Origin: a virus
Taxonomy: Duplodnaviria; Caudoviricetes
Strand: one strand, 5' to 3'
DNA length: 57,729 bases
IMG/VR virus record: IMGVR_UViG_3300042465_001383
Coordinates: 1-57,729 of that record
The translations under genes and the position numbers were made by a program. The notes under the pieces are model-generated. The model was not told the DNA's origin. It did no database searches and was given only the letters and a program-made list of their open reading frames with translations. This document shows positions 33,361 to 42,945 of the stretch, piece by piece (position 1 is the stretch's first letter; each line of letters opens with the position of its first letter).

Positions 33361-34295
33361 TATATTTCATCCTTGTGGTCATACCACCCACGATGGGCGG
33401 GAGTTTCTTCTGCCCTTTTGAATGGCACGGTGACCATCTCAAACTTCAACTTGCTTGGGTCAATGCCCTGCGCCTCGCGCCAGTCCCCCAACAACTTGAG
33501 CTGGTTGTTTCGGTACGGCCTGTAGTCAACTTGATGGTGCCAGCGGTTGAAGCGCCAGACCACCTTGGCCACATCGGGGTGCAGGTCGGCGATCATCTGG
33601 CTCTTGGGCAGCGTCCCCTCGGCGGCGTAGAACTCATCCGTGTTGCCGCCCTTCATGCGCTGCGTGGTGACCTTGCCGCACAGGAATGCGTTCATCTGGA
33701 TGGTGCAGTCGCCGCGCTTCAGCACCCGCAGTGACAGGTCTGTGTCCTCGTTGTACCGCCCGCGCCAGCGCAGCCCGATGTCGTTGCGGATCAGCAGGCA
33801 CGAATAGATGCGGGTGTTGGCCACGAATGGCGGCACGGCGTCCGTGGTCTTGCAGAATGAATAGTAATTCAGCCCCGCCAGTGGCACGTTCTCATACCGC
33901 CGGACAAACGCCTCGGTCGCCAGAAAGCCGTTTGGGGTGCGGACAGGCACCTTTTCGTTGCGGTACAGGCGGTGGAAGTCGTGCAGGTTGTCGTCCATCA
34001 CCCAGTGCCACGCCGCGCCCATCTGGATGGAATGGTCCATCGCAAAGTTGCGCGCAGCGCCTGGGCCTTTGCTCTTGCTGTCGCCCAGATCGTCGCAGGT
34101 GTCGTACTGGTCCAGATAGCTCTGCGGCATGATCAGCAGGCGGGCAGGGTCGATGTCGATGTTCTGCGCGTACTGGAACCACTGGCTGGCCTCGACCACC
34201 ACACGGTATGGCAGGCCGATCAGGTCCAACGCCTTGGCCGTCAGACACAGGTTCCAGCGGTTCTTTGACACGATATAGATCGGGCTTACTTCCAC
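33360..34295 (-). CDS. TET-associated glycosyltransferase (TAGT/GREB1-like, GT-A fold)
   Basis: PIYI.SK.R, G.G.ARN, W..DDN, RIYSC.LI, WRGRYNEDTDL, KGGNT, R.HH.VDY; GTG start at 34295. Confidence 0.8.
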   Translation of the reverse strand: MEVSPIYIVSKNRWNLCLTAKALDLIGLPYRVVVEASQWFQYAQNIDIDPARLLIMPQSYLDQYDTCDDLGDSKSKGPGAARNFAMDHSIQMGAAWHWVMDDNLHDFHRLYRNEKVPVRTPNGFLATEAFVRRYENVPLAGLNYYSFCKTTDAVPPFVANTRIYSCLLIRNDIGLRWRGRYNEDTDLSLRVLKRGDCTIQMNAFLCGKVTTQRMKGGNTDEFYAAEGTLPKSQMIADLHPDVAKVVWRFNRWHHQVDYRPYRNNQLKLLGDWREAQGIDPSKLKFEMVTVPFKRAEETPAHRGWYDHKDEI

Positions 34296-34495
34296 CGCTT
34301 TGCTCCCACGCCTGACGGCTCCGCCTGCGGGTACCACGCGCTCTTGGTCTTGGCGGTCAGGGGCTGACCCAGCGCCTTGGACAGCGCGATCAGGTCTTCC
34401 TCGGTCGCCACCCGCACGTTGATTGTGGCAAACGGCTTCTGGCTCGGCTGATCAAAGTCCGGCATGTCAAGCCAGTGCATCTGGGGATCATTCAT
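34286..34495 (-). CDS. Small companion protein of TAGT-like genes
   Basis: W..MP.F.Q.......V.....D.......Q..T.KTK..WYP; overlaps the TAGT start. Confidence 0.65.
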   Translation of the reverse strand: MNDPQMHWLDMPDFDQPSQKPFATINVRVATEEDLIALSKALGQPLTAKTKSAWYPQAEPSGVGAKRWK

Positions 34496-34884
34496 TCATC
34501 GCACCCCTTCTCACGGTAAAAAACATGGTTGCCGTACATCCCCACCATTTCCATGTCGTCGGCCCAGTACGGCAGCACATCTCGGTTGTGGTAATAGGTC
34601 GCGCCGCTGCACATTTGGCACCCCCAGAGCAACACGGTATTTGCGACGATCTGGGCTTGCAGCCAAGCCTCGGTATCCTTGGGGCGGTCGCTCTTGCCAT
34701 CATGGGTCCAGCTAAACGCGCCCTTGTCCCAGACAACCTCGCAGACGGTGTCGGGAAACCCCGCCTCGTACACGCGCTCCATGGTGACCTCGGCAATCAA
34801 AAGCTGGCCGTCATAGTCCTCGCCGCGCCCCTCAAAGTAAACGTTCATGGCCAAGCAGGTGGCCGCCGCTGCTGTGACAATCAT
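34492..34884 (-). CDS. SleB-like cell wall hydrolase (Hydrolase_2)
   Basis: CLA.NVYFE.RGE...GQ..A.V...R....FP.TVC.VV....FSW...GATYYH...P.W...GNH.FY. Confidence 0.88.
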   Translation of the reverse strand: MIVTAAAATCLAMNVYFEGRGEDYDGQLLIAEVTMERVYEAGFPDTVCEVVWDKGAFSWTHDGKSDRPKDTEAWLQAQIVANTVLLWGCQMCSGATYYHNRDVLPYWADDMEMVGMYGNHVFYREKGCDE

Positions 34885-35060
34885 GTCGGCATCCCCGCTT
34901 TTTCCCAAAGAATAAACCACCGCTCTTTTTCGCCCAGCCGCATGAAATTGTCGAAATCCTCCATTGTCTTTTTGATTTCTTCCGCAATACATCTTTCACA
35001 TTCTTCCATGTGTTGGCAGTCGCATTTAGCCATGATCTGACCCATGTATTTTTTGCTCAT
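34881..35060 (-). CDS. Hypothetical Cys-containing protein
   Basis: ATGA coupling. Confidence 0.5.
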   Translation of the reverse strand: MSKKYMGQIMAKCDCQHMEECERCIAEEIKKTMEDFDNFMRLGEKERWFILWEKAGMPT

Positions 35061-35218
35061 TTCTGCACACAAACCCCATAGGCAACGCCCCAAGGGCCAT
35101 TAGCCCGTTCTTCGATTGCAACCAAAGCCTTCCGGCAGTTTTCGAGACTGGTGAAATCGTAGCTTGAGCTGATCGTCACAGGGGAGCTATGCGTCAGTAG
35201 GAGTAAGACGTAGATCAT
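35057..35218 (-). CDS. Small secreted-like protein (F.S.E.C..A...CV motif)
   Basis: GGAGG SD; hydrophobic N-terminus; ATGA coupling. Confidence 0.55.
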   Translation of the reverse strand: MIYVLLLLTHSSPVTISSSYDFTSLENCRKALVAIEERANGPWGVAYGVCVQK

Positions 35219-35412
35219 TTGTCCAGCCTCCCATAAGTGATGTTCTTCTGCGCCCGAATGTCGCTGTTGGACCACGTCCAGCATTCGCCAGTGGCGTCCT
35301 GAAAGCACACCCAGTTGATGTTGTGTTCGATGCCATAGTCCACGAGGACATGGGCCAAGGCCGACCCCTTCGGGGTGTCAACTGGGATCGGGGGGTTCAG
35401 TTGGATCATCAT
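35215..35412 (-). CDS. Conserved phage hypothetical protein
   Basis: QLNPPIPV.TPKG..A....DYG.EH...WVCF...TGECWTW.N.DIR. Confidence 0.75.
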   Translation of the reverse strand: MMIQLNPPIPVDTPKGSALAHVLVDYGIEHNINWVCFQDATGECWTWSNSDIRAQKNITYGRLDK

Positions 35413-35660
35413 TGCTTGTCTCTCCCAAAGCGAATGTCGTTAAACTCTTTCATTCCAAGTTTGTGGATTGCATCATATTCGCGTTGCAAACACCCAATGA
35501 TGTCACCAAGAACATCAAGTGACGCAATGTAATCCAGTTCGTCAAAAAGCGGCGACAGCGTAACATCACCTTCAACGTGCGGTGAAAACCATAACGTGCC
35601 AAGGCGCTGTCCCTTATGGCGGTCACCCTCATAGTTAAGTCCAGCAAAACGGTCGGTCAT
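35409..35660 (-). CDS. Hypothetical protein
   Basis: CAACCATGGAGAC leader. Confidence 0.65.
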   Translation of the reverse strand: MTDRFAGLNYEGDRHKGQRLGTLWFSPHVEGDVTLSPLFDELDYIASLDVLGDIIGCLQREYDAIHKLGMKEFNDIRFGRDKQ

Positions 35661-35720
35661 TTTCAGTCTCCATGGTTGTGGTTGGTCGTTTTCAAGTCTT
35701 GCGACAATTCAAGCCTTGAG

Positions 35721-38018
35721 TCAAGTGGAATGTACAAGTCTATATCGAATACTTTTCGATTTGTTGTATTTGTGGATGCTCACTTCCTTGGTGATCCGGC
35801 CAGCCTCGACCAACTTGTTGAGTGCGGCGTCAATGTCGGGCCGCTTCCACTTGCGGCACAGACGCCGCGCAATCACGCCCGCCGTCTCGCCGTCTGGGCC
35901 GTCAACGGTCTGCAACAATGTCATGGTCAACGCCTGCGCTGGGTCGGTCTTGTCGGTGTCGTTGGCCAGCACCAGCCGCATCTTGCTTTCGATGTCGCGC
36001 CGGATCAGCGCGTAGGCCCAGCGGACATGCTCCACCGTGCGGACACCCTCTGGCACCGCCAAGATCAGGCTGACCTTGCTGACCTGCTCGTAGCCGCGCA
36101 GGGCCAGCGCCTCCAGCCCCGTGCTTTCCTTGTGCTGGTAGGCCATCTGGTCAAACAGATCGTTGATGTTCTCAAGCATCTCTAAAGCGTCCGGCGCGGT
36201 TGGGATTTCAATCCGCTCCCCGTAATGCTCCACGCGCTTGCTGGTGTTGGTGGCATCAAACGATCCGCCCATCGCAAGTTGCTGCATGGTCAGGCGCAGG
36301 TTCTCCGGCAGTTCCATCTTGCGCCAGCCCTTTTTGGATGGTGGCGCTGTCTCTTGTTCGATGCACAAGATGGCGCGACCGAAAAACCCTGTGGTGGCAT
36401 TCTCGAAAGTCACCAGATCGTTGAAATTCTTCTCGGTCGTGTAGCCCGTCATCGCCAAGAACGGACGGTCAATGCCAGCGTCCAGCGTGTCCAACTGGTA
36501 AGAAACCGCCGCCGCGCGTGTCAGCAGGTGGGGTGCCTCGCCCTTTTCTTCCATGACCTTTTCAATCTGCATCAGTTCCTTGCGGAGGTGGCCCCTGATC
36601 TCTTCCTTCAGGTCGCCCGACACCATCAGCCGACCGTCCGCCTTAGAATAGGCCGACATCAACAGGCCGACCACGCCTTCCAAGTACGATGCACCAGACT
36701 TCTTGGCGCTGCTGATTCGCTGGAACAGGAAGCCCACCTCGTCCATCATGTAGGCCGCCATCTGGTGGCGGGTCAGGTTCCGCGCGATCTCCTGCTCGGA
36801 CTTGATGGTGCCGTGAACCGCCGCCGACAGGCCGCAGTGCATCAACACCTCGGCGGTGGCCCCCAAGATGCCGTCCTTTCCAGACCCCGATGCCGCCACG
36901 TTGAACACGAACAGGTTGGTGGTGGCACGGTCGCGGTCGTCGCGGTAGTGTAGCCCAAAGGCTACGCCCATCACCCAGATCGCCGACATCGACGCAAGCG
37001 CCTCCCGTTTGCGTCTCGTTCTGCTCTCAATCCACGTTGCCAACTGCCCAGCAAGACCTGGCGGACGCAGCGCGTCAAACGAACTGGTGTCGATGGCCTT
37101 GGGTGCCAGATATTCTTCCGGCGTCTCGAACACAAATTCCTTGGTGGGCGTGAACGTGACGGGCTGGATGTAGCCACCCTCCTCGGCGTAGTGGACCAGT
37201 GTCCCCAACGTCACGGGGTTGGCCGACCGACCGAACGAGTGCCACTTTGTCCCCATCTCTTCGGTGTCGTACTTGGCGCTCTGCTGCGACCACTGGTCCC
37301 ACAGGTCAAACGCGGCCCCGCCCGTTGCGTGGTGCAGGGCCATGCCGATCTTCACCCAGACCTCATAGTCGTCATAGCCCCGCACATGGGACAGCATCTC
37401 GGCCAGTTCCGCATCGTTAACGTCTACGATCTTGCCGCCCAGATCGGCACGGTGGCGCTCCGGCACCCGCAGCATGTCCAGCAACTTGTCCGGCACTATG
37501 TCGATGTCTTCGGGCGAACCATAGGCGATCTCGTACTTGGTGCCGCTGGCGTGTTCAGAGCCAGGCCCCACAACAAATGCAGCGCCGGACTTGAAATCCA
37601 ACCCAGCATAGTCGGCAAGCCGGATCACCAGCGACACGTCTTCGGGGACGCGGAAATAGTAATGCTTGGAGCCGCCGCCCGATCCAGTGTTGACGATCAG
37701 GCCAGCGCCCGCCACCTCTGGCACGACTTCCAGCAGCTTGGCAAAGCTGGCCACGCCGCCATTTCTGGCGTCAACGTCAATGACAAGGACGCCACGCAAA
37801 GCGATGCCGTAGCCAGTCTTGAACTGGCGCATCTGCTCCATCGTGTCCAACTGCTCTTCGGACCAGTGGGGTGTGTGTTGCCAATTTGACACACGCGGAT
37901 GTTTGAACAGCGACTTCTCAGGGCAATTGGGGTTTCCGCATTCGCATTTCCCGTCCTTGTCGCGGCCATACAGCCCAAAGACGCGAAATCCAGCCTCCCA
38001 ATAAATGCGGTATTCCAT
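35721..38018 (-). CDS. Bifunctional prim-pol primase + PriCT-2 + P-loop helicase
   Basis: CECG...C...KHP, VIDVD.RNGG, TGSGG..H.YF, GS.H.SG..Y; Y..W..IGMAL...W..WS..KY...KW.SF; ASGSGKD Walker A; MMDE Walker B. Confidence 0.9.
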   Translation of the reverse strand: MEYRIYWEAGFRVFGLYGRDKDGKCECGNPNCPEKSLFKHPRVSNWQHTPHWSEEQLDTMEQMRQFKTGYGIALRGVLVIDVDARNGGVASFAKLLEVVPEVAGAGLIVNTGSGGGSKHYYFRVPEDVSLVIRLADYAGLDFKSGAAFVVGPGSEHASGTKYEIAYGSPEDIDIVPDKLLDMLRVPERHRADLGGKIVDVNDAELAEMLSHVRGYDDYEVWVKIGMALHHATGGAAFDLWDQWSQQSAKYDTEEMGTKWHSFGRSANPVTLGTLVHYAEEGGYIQPVTFTPTKEFVFETPEEYLAPKAIDTSSFDALRPPGLAGQLATWIESRTRRKREALASMSAIWVMGVAFGLHYRDDRDRATTNLFVFNVAASGSGKDGILGATAEVLMHCGLSAAVHGTIKSEQEIARNLTRHQMAAYMMDEVGFLFQRISSAKKSGASYLEGVVGLLMSAYSKADGRLMVSGDLKEEIRGHLRKELMQIEKVMEEKGEAPHLLTRAAAVSYQLDTLDAGIDRPFLAMTGYTTEKNFNDLVTFENATTGFFGRAILCIEQETAPPSKKGWRKMELPENLRLTMQQLAMGGSFDATNTSKRVEHYGERIEIPTAPDALEMLENINDLFDQMAYQHKESTGLEALALRGYEQVSKVSLILAVPEGVRTVEHVRWAYALIRRDIESKMRLVLANDTDKTDPAQALTMTLLQTVDGPDGETAGVIARRLCRKWKRPDIDAALNKLVEAGRITKEVSIHKYNKSKSIRYRLVHST

Positions 38019-38019
38019 A

Positions 38020-38229
38020 CTACTTTTGTCCTCCGAACAGGTATCTCTCCAGCCTCTCTATAGTAGTCAGAGAAAATCTGAAACCACTTTCTTTGGCAAC
38101 CTTCCTTACAGTGTTAACATGAAGGCCAGCGGCTTCCGCCACTTTAGAATACATTCTATCCTTCAGCGCGGCGCGTATCTTAGAAACTTGGTCCTCGATG
38201 TCTTTTCGTATCGTTGTTACTTTTGCCAT
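38020..38229 (-). CDS. Cro/XRE-like HTH regulator
   Basis: SKVAEAAGLHVNTVRKV; divergent from the recombination operon. Confidence 0.75.
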   Translation of the reverse strand: MAKVTTIRKDIEDQVSKIRAALKDRMYSKVAEAAGLHVNTVRKVAKESGFRFSLTTIERLERYLFGGQK

Positions 38230-38261
38230 TTTCGATTTGTTCCTTTCGTGAACACAGCCTG

Positions 38262-38290
38262 TTGACAATCGCACACGCGGCCTCTAGGTT
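38262..38290 (+). promoter_or_regulatory. Promoter of recombination/replication operon
   Basis: TTGACA-N17-TAGGTT. Confidence 0.65.
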
Positions 38291-38321
38291 CAAGGGTGTT
38301 GTGAGAAGGAGTAAGAGCAAC

Positions 38322-39080
38322 ATGTCTATACTGGACCAAATCACCAAACCCGCGTTACGGCCACTGGCCGTGACCATCATCGGGGAGGCGGGCTTGGGGA
38401 AAACATCCCTCGGCGCGTGTTTTCCGAAGCCGATCTTCATTCGGGCCGAAGACGGCCTCAAGTCGATCACCAACAGCCCCATGCCTGACGCCTTCCCCGT
38501 TCTCAAGAGCGTTGAAGACCTCTGGCCCCAACTGTGGGCGCTGGCGAAGGAAGACCACGATTATCAGACGTTGATAATCGACACCGTGTCAACGCTTGAC
38601 ACGATGTTCACAGACTGGGTCGTTGAAACCGACCCCAACAAGCCCAAGAGCATCAATCAGGCCCTCGGTGGCTGGGGCGCTGGCACCAACATGGTGTCGT
38701 CGCAACACCGCCGCCTTCGCAAGGGCTGCGAGTATCTGCTGGACCGCAATATGAACGTTGTGTTTTTGTCCCACGCAGACACCACGACCGTCAGCCCGCC
38801 AGACGGCAGCCAGTACACCAAGTACACCATGCGGATGCACGAAAAGTCCATGCAACCCTACATCGACAACGTCGATCTGGTGGGCTTCCTGCGCTTGGAA
38901 ATGTTTACCAAGGGCGATGGAGACGTGAAAAAGGCAATCTCCACTGGCGACCGCCAGTTGGTGTGCCACGCAATGGCCGCGAACGTGTCCAAGAACCGCT
39001 TCGGCATCACTGAACCTATTGAAGTCAAGCCGGGCGTGAACCCGTTGGCTGCATATCTGCTTAAAGGAGAGAAAAAATGA
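38322..39080 (+). CDS. AAA_24 / Sak4-like ATPase (ssDNA annealing)
   Basis: GEAGLGKTS, EDG, IIDT, SH, KNRFG. Confidence 0.88.
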   Translation: MSILDQITKPALRPLAVTIIGEAGLGKTSLGACFPKPIFIRAEDGLKSITNSPMPDAFPVLKSVEDLWPQLWALAKEDHDYQTLIIDTVSTLDTMFTDWVVETDPNKPKSINQALGGWGAGTNMVSSQHRRLRKGCEYLLDRNMNVVFLSHADTTTVSPPDGSQYTKYTMRMHEKSMQPYIDNVDLVGFLRLEMFTKGDGDVKKAISTGDRQLVCHAMAANVSKNRFGITEPIEVKPGVNPLAAYLLKGEKK

Positions 39081-39700
39081 GCGACGATTTCTGGGGACTA
39101 TCTGAGGGCGGCAGCGCCGCCGACAATGCAAGCGGCGAGTTTGACGCAGGTGGCGGCAATATGCAGCCGATCCCGTCCGACACCAATGTGTTGGCGGCCA
39201 TTGACGAGGCCAAGTGGTCCAAGAACCAGAAGGGCGACGAGTTCATCTCGCTGCGCTGGTCTGTGATGCAGCCGGAAGAGTTTGAGAACCGCAAGGTTTT
39301 CCAGAAGCTTTGGGTCACCGACTTTGATCCTAACATCGGCGTGGACAAGGCGATTGCCAAGCGCGACAAGGCCAAGAAAATGCTTGCGGCCATTGACAGC
39401 AACGCGGGGGGCAAACTTCTTGCCAAGCCGATCATGCCGACCGACGAAAGCATGACGCTGCACCTCACCAACAAGCCAATGATCATCAAGGTCATGGTAT
39501 GGGAAATGACCGACCGCATGACGGGTGATGTTGCCCGTGGCAACTGGGTCGGCGCGGTGTCGTCCAAGGCTGCTTCCAAGGTGTCGTCGCCGGAAGAGAT
39601 CGCCAAGTCCAAGTCTGAGATGGCCCACCATCAAAGCAAGGCCGCTGGCGCTGCGTCTCGCGCAAGCCGCGATCTGGACGGGGATTCGATCCCCTTCTAA
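39077..39700 (+). CDS. Single-stranded DNA-binding protein (DUF669-like)
   Basis: Follows the Sak4-like gene; NRKVF..LW; acidic DSIPF C-terminus. Confidence 0.8.
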   Translation: MSDDFWGLSEGGSAADNASGEFDAGGGNMQPIPSDTNVLAAIDEAKWSKNQKGDEFISLRWSVMQPEEFENRKVFQKLWVTDFDPNIGVDKAIAKRDKAKKMLAAIDSNAGGKLLAKPIMPTDESMTLHLTNKPMIIKVMVWEMTDRMTGDVARGNWVGAVSSKAASKVSSPEEIAKSKSEMAHHQSKAAGAASRASRDLDGDSIPF

Positions 39701-39706
39701 GACAAC

Positions 39707-39733
39707 GGGGAGGGGCTTCGGTCCCTCCCTTCC
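39707..39733 (+). terminator. Hairpin after SSB gene
   Basis: GGGAGGGGC-UUCG-GUCCCUCCC; weak U tract. Confidence 0.5.
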
Positions 39734-39757
39734 ACCCCCAACCGCAGAGTGAGAAGC

Positions 39758-40627
39758 ATGGAACAAAGATCACCAGAATGGTTTGCTGCCCGCAAGGGCC
39801 GCGTCACAGGGTCAATGGTGGGCGCTGCCCTTGGCCTAGACCCCAACACCAGCCGCGACGAGGCGATGCGCCGGATGGTGCGCGCCTACCAAGGGTTGCC
39901 CAGCGAGTTTGTTGGCAACATCGCCACATCGTGGGGAACCAACCACGAAACGGAAGCCCGCGAGGCGTTTGAGTACCATGTAGGCACCCGCGTAGCACCC
40001 GCCACCTTTGTGGTGCATCCCACGCTGCCGTGGCTTGGTGCCAGCCCTGACGGCTATGTGGACAACTACGCCTTGCTTGAGATCAAATGCCCCTACGGCC
40101 TGCGCGAGAAGCCCAAGCCCGTGCCGTTCAAGACGATCAAAGAACAGCCGCACTATTACGCCCAGATGCAAATCCAGATGTACTGCACTGACGAGGTTGC
40201 CTGCTACTTCTGGCAGTGGACGCCGAACGACCACGACCTTACCATTGTGGACTATGACCCGATCTGGATCGAAGTGAACCTGCCCAAGCTGGAAGCGTTT
40301 TACAACGAGTTTCTGGCAATCTGCGACGAGGGTATGCCAGAGCCAGAAGAAAAGCTTGATCTGGATGGCCTTGCTTTCCAGTATTTGATTGCAGAGTACG
40401 ATGTACTCACCAACCAAATCAAAGAGGCTGAAGACCGCAAGAAGGAAATCTTGGATAATCTCGTGTTTGAAACTGCGGGCGAGGACGCCACAATCTGCGG
40501 GCGCAAGCTCACGCAGGTGCATCGGGCGGGGTCTATCTCTTACGCCAAGGCCATCAAAGAACTGGCCCCTAACGCCGATCTGGAAAAATGGCGCGGCGAA
40601 CCCTCATCTTACTGGACACTGAAATGA
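39758..40627 (+). CDS. YqaJ-like (lambda exo family) exonuclease
   Basis: QRS.EW...R.G.VT.S, G...E..A, GASPDG, LEIKCP, YYAQ.Q.QM. Confidence 0.93.
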   Translation: MEQRSPEWFAARKGRVTGSMVGAALGLDPNTSRDEAMRRMVRAYQGLPSEFVGNIATSWGTNHETEAREAFEYHVGTRVAPATFVVHPTLPWLGASPDGYVDNYALLEIKCPYGLREKPKPVPFKTIKEQPHYYAQMQIQMYCTDEVACYFWQWTPNDHDLTIVDYDPIWIEVNLPKLEAFYNEFLAICDEGMPEPEEKLDLDGLAFQYLIAEYDVLTNQIKEAEDRKKEILDNLVFETAGEDATICGRKLTQVHRAGSISYAKAIKELAPNADLEKWRGEPSSYWTLK

Positions 40628-40809
40628 ACATCGAAGATCAACTTCAGCGCCAGATCAACATCAACATGCAATTGCGGCGGCAGCTAGAAACTGCCCGCCG
40701 CGATGCGGTCGAATACTGCGCCAAATATTGCGAGGATTTGGACGTTGACGATGGCAAGTGGTACGCCGGAAAACTTAGAGAGATCATCGGGAATGCGCGT
40801 AAAGATTAA
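40624..40809 (+). CDS. Hypothetical protein
   Basis: ATGA coupling. Confidence 0.55.
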   Translation: MNIEDQLQRQININMQLRRQLETARRDAVEYCAKYCEDLDVDDGKWYAGKLREIIGNARKD

Positions 40810-41122
40810 GGGCGTTATCTACGAAACCGTGGAAGACGCTGCCAAAGCCTACAACCTCAAGCCCAAACAAATCCAGCGGGCCATTTGCGAAGGCAGGGAA
40901 GACCGACTGCGGCCAAAACCGCAAGGGTGCAAGCGCGGTCAACCCCAGCCCATCACCATCGAAGGCGTCACCTTCCCTAACCAGAAGGCCGCCAACGATG
41001 CGCTTGGTTTCTCGTTCAACTACGTCACACAGGCGTTGAACAAGAACAGCGCACCCGCGCTTGCTAAAATTGTTGAGGCGGTCAGGGAATACAAGAAAAG
41101 AACTGTTGCGTCTTCGTATTAA
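40793..41122 (+). CDS. Tandem NUMOD1-like/HTH DNA-binding protein, paralog of 32861..33193
   Basis: V.IKGV.Y.TV.DAA and I.IEGV.F.....A..ALG repeats. Confidence 0.65.
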   Translation: MRVKIKGVIYETVEDAAKAYNLKPKQIQRAICEGREDRLRPKPQGCKRGQPQPITIEGVTFPNQKAANDALGFSFNYVTQALNKNSAPALAKIVEAVREYKKRTVASSY

Positions 41123-41160
41123 AAGTGGCAATAATCACGGCACCAACCACGGAGATGACC

Positions 41161-42945
41161 ATGACCCTACGCCCGTACCAGCAAGAAGCCCACGACGAGA
41201 TCATTCGTTGGATCAAGAGAAACACCGCCCCGTGCTGCATCGAAGCAGCCACGGGGGCGGGTAAGTCCCACATCATCGCGGCACTGGCCGACACCATCCA
41301 CGGCATTTCCAAGGGCAAGCACATCCTGTGCCTCGCCCCCAGCGCCGAACTGGTCAACCAGAACGCTGACAAGTTCCGCCTGACGGGCGCTAAGTGTTCG
41401 ATCTTCTCGGCCAGCGCCGGAGAGAAAAGCCTGCGCCACCCCGTGGTTTTTGGGACGCCTGGCACCGTGATCAATTCCATTAAGCGGTTTGGCAGCGAGT
41501 TTGCGGCGGTCGTGATCGACGAATGCCACGGCCTGACCAACACGGTCAAAGAGATCGTGGAAGAGATCAGGAAGGTGAACCCCATGCTGCGCGTGATGGG
41601 GATGTCCGCCACGCCGTACCGCATGAACACGGGCTACATCTTCAAGTATTGGGCTGACGGTAAGCCCGTCCGCGAAGACCAGACCAAAGACCCCTACTTC
41701 GAAGCTTGCGTCTACCGCATTCAAGCCTACGAACTGATCGAACAGGGCTTCCTGACCAAGCCCACCATCGGGAAGGCTGGGGCCGTTGGGTACCAGACGC
41801 TTGGCTTGGAACTGAACAGCCGTGGCCAGTTTGACGCCGCCGACATCGACCGCGCGTTCCACGGGCATGGCCGAAAGACTGCCGCCATCATGGCCGACAT
41901 CGTGGATCAGGCCGCTTACCTGCGTGGCGTGATGATCTTTGCCGCCACGGTCAAACACGCCAAAGAGTGTATGGCATCCCTGCCCCCCGAACTGTCGGCG
42001 CTGGTCACCGCAGACACGCCCAAGCCGGAGCGCAAGCAGATCATTGCGGACTTCAAGGCCAAGAAGATCAAGTATCTGGTCAACGTGTCTGTTCTGACCA
42101 CTGGGTTCGACGCGCCCCACGTTGACATGATTGCCATCCTGCGCCCGACCGAAAGCGTGGGCCTGCTTCAACAGATTATCGGTCGGGGCCTGCGCGTGGA
42201 CGAGGGCAAGGACACCTGCGTGGTTCTTGACTACGCCGAAAACCTGCCCCGCCACTGCCCCGATGGGGACGTGTTTAACCCCAAGGTCAAGGCCAAAAAA
42301 GGTACCCAAGAGGCCGAGTTTGTTACCTGCGAATGCGAGTGGTGCGGCGTCGAGAACGAGTTTATCGCCCGCCCCAACAAGGAGGGATATCCCATCGACG
42401 AAAACGGATATTTCTTGGACCTCGACAACAACCGCATCACCACCGAGTGGGGGGCAATGCCAGCCCACTTCGGTCGCCGCTGCCGCGCATCCGACACGGT
42501 GGCTGGTGAGCGCGTCCAGTGCGGCTACCGCTGGACATCCAAGCCCTGTCCCCACTGCAAGGCCGACAACGACATCGCGGCACGGCATTGCTCCACCTGC
42601 AAGGGCGAGATCGTCAACCCAAACGACAAGCTGAAGCTGGCGTTCAAGGCCATGAAGAAAGACCCCACGCAGCGCCAGACCGACACCGTGATCCTGTTTG
42701 ACGTGAAGAACGCCCTGTCCCGCAGCGGCAACGCGACATTGAAGGTTGACGTGGTGACCGAATACAGGTCATTCTCGTACTGGGTCATGCGTCACCCCAA
42801 GCATCCCGCATCCGTTCGGGAAACCAACCAGTTTGGTGCGCTTGGTGGGGTAAAGCCCAAGACGATTACTTATAAATTAAATCCCCAGACGAACTTCTAC
42901 ACCGTTCTGGGCTACAATGGGCCAGCGGATGAACCTCCCGAATGA
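41161..42945 (+). CDS. SF2 DExH helicase with C-terminal Zn ribbons (RadD/YejH-like)
   Basis: LRPYQ, ATGAGKS, DECH, SATP, LTTGFD, QIIGRGLR; CxxC clusters. Confidence 0.93.
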   Translation: MTLRPYQQEAHDEIIRWIKRNTAPCCIEAATGAGKSHIIAALADTIHGISKGKHILCLAPSAELVNQNADKFRLTGAKCSIFSASAGEKSLRHPVVFGTPGTVINSIKRFGSEFAAVVIDECHGLTNTVKEIVEEIRKVNPMLRVMGMSATPYRMNTGYIFKYWADGKPVREDQTKDPYFEACVYRIQAYELIEQGFLTKPTIGKAGAVGYQTLGLELNSRGQFDAADIDRAFHGHGRKTAAIMADIVDQAAYLRGVMIFAATVKHAKECMASLPPELSALVTADTPKPERKQIIADFKAKKIKYLVNVSVLTTGFDAPHVDMIAILRPTESVGLLQQIIGRGLRVDEGKDTCVVLDYAENLPRHCPDGDVFNPKVKAKKGTQEAEFVTCECEWCGVENEFIARPNKEGYPIDENGYFLDLDNNRITTEWGAMPAHFGRRCRASDTVAGERVQCGYRWTSKPCPHCKADNDIAARHCSTCKGEIVNPNDKLKLAFKAMKKDPTQRQTDTVILFDVKNALSRSGNATLKVDVVTEYRSFSYWVMRHPKHPASVRETNQFGALGGVKPKTITYKLNPQTNFYTVLGYNGPADEPPE

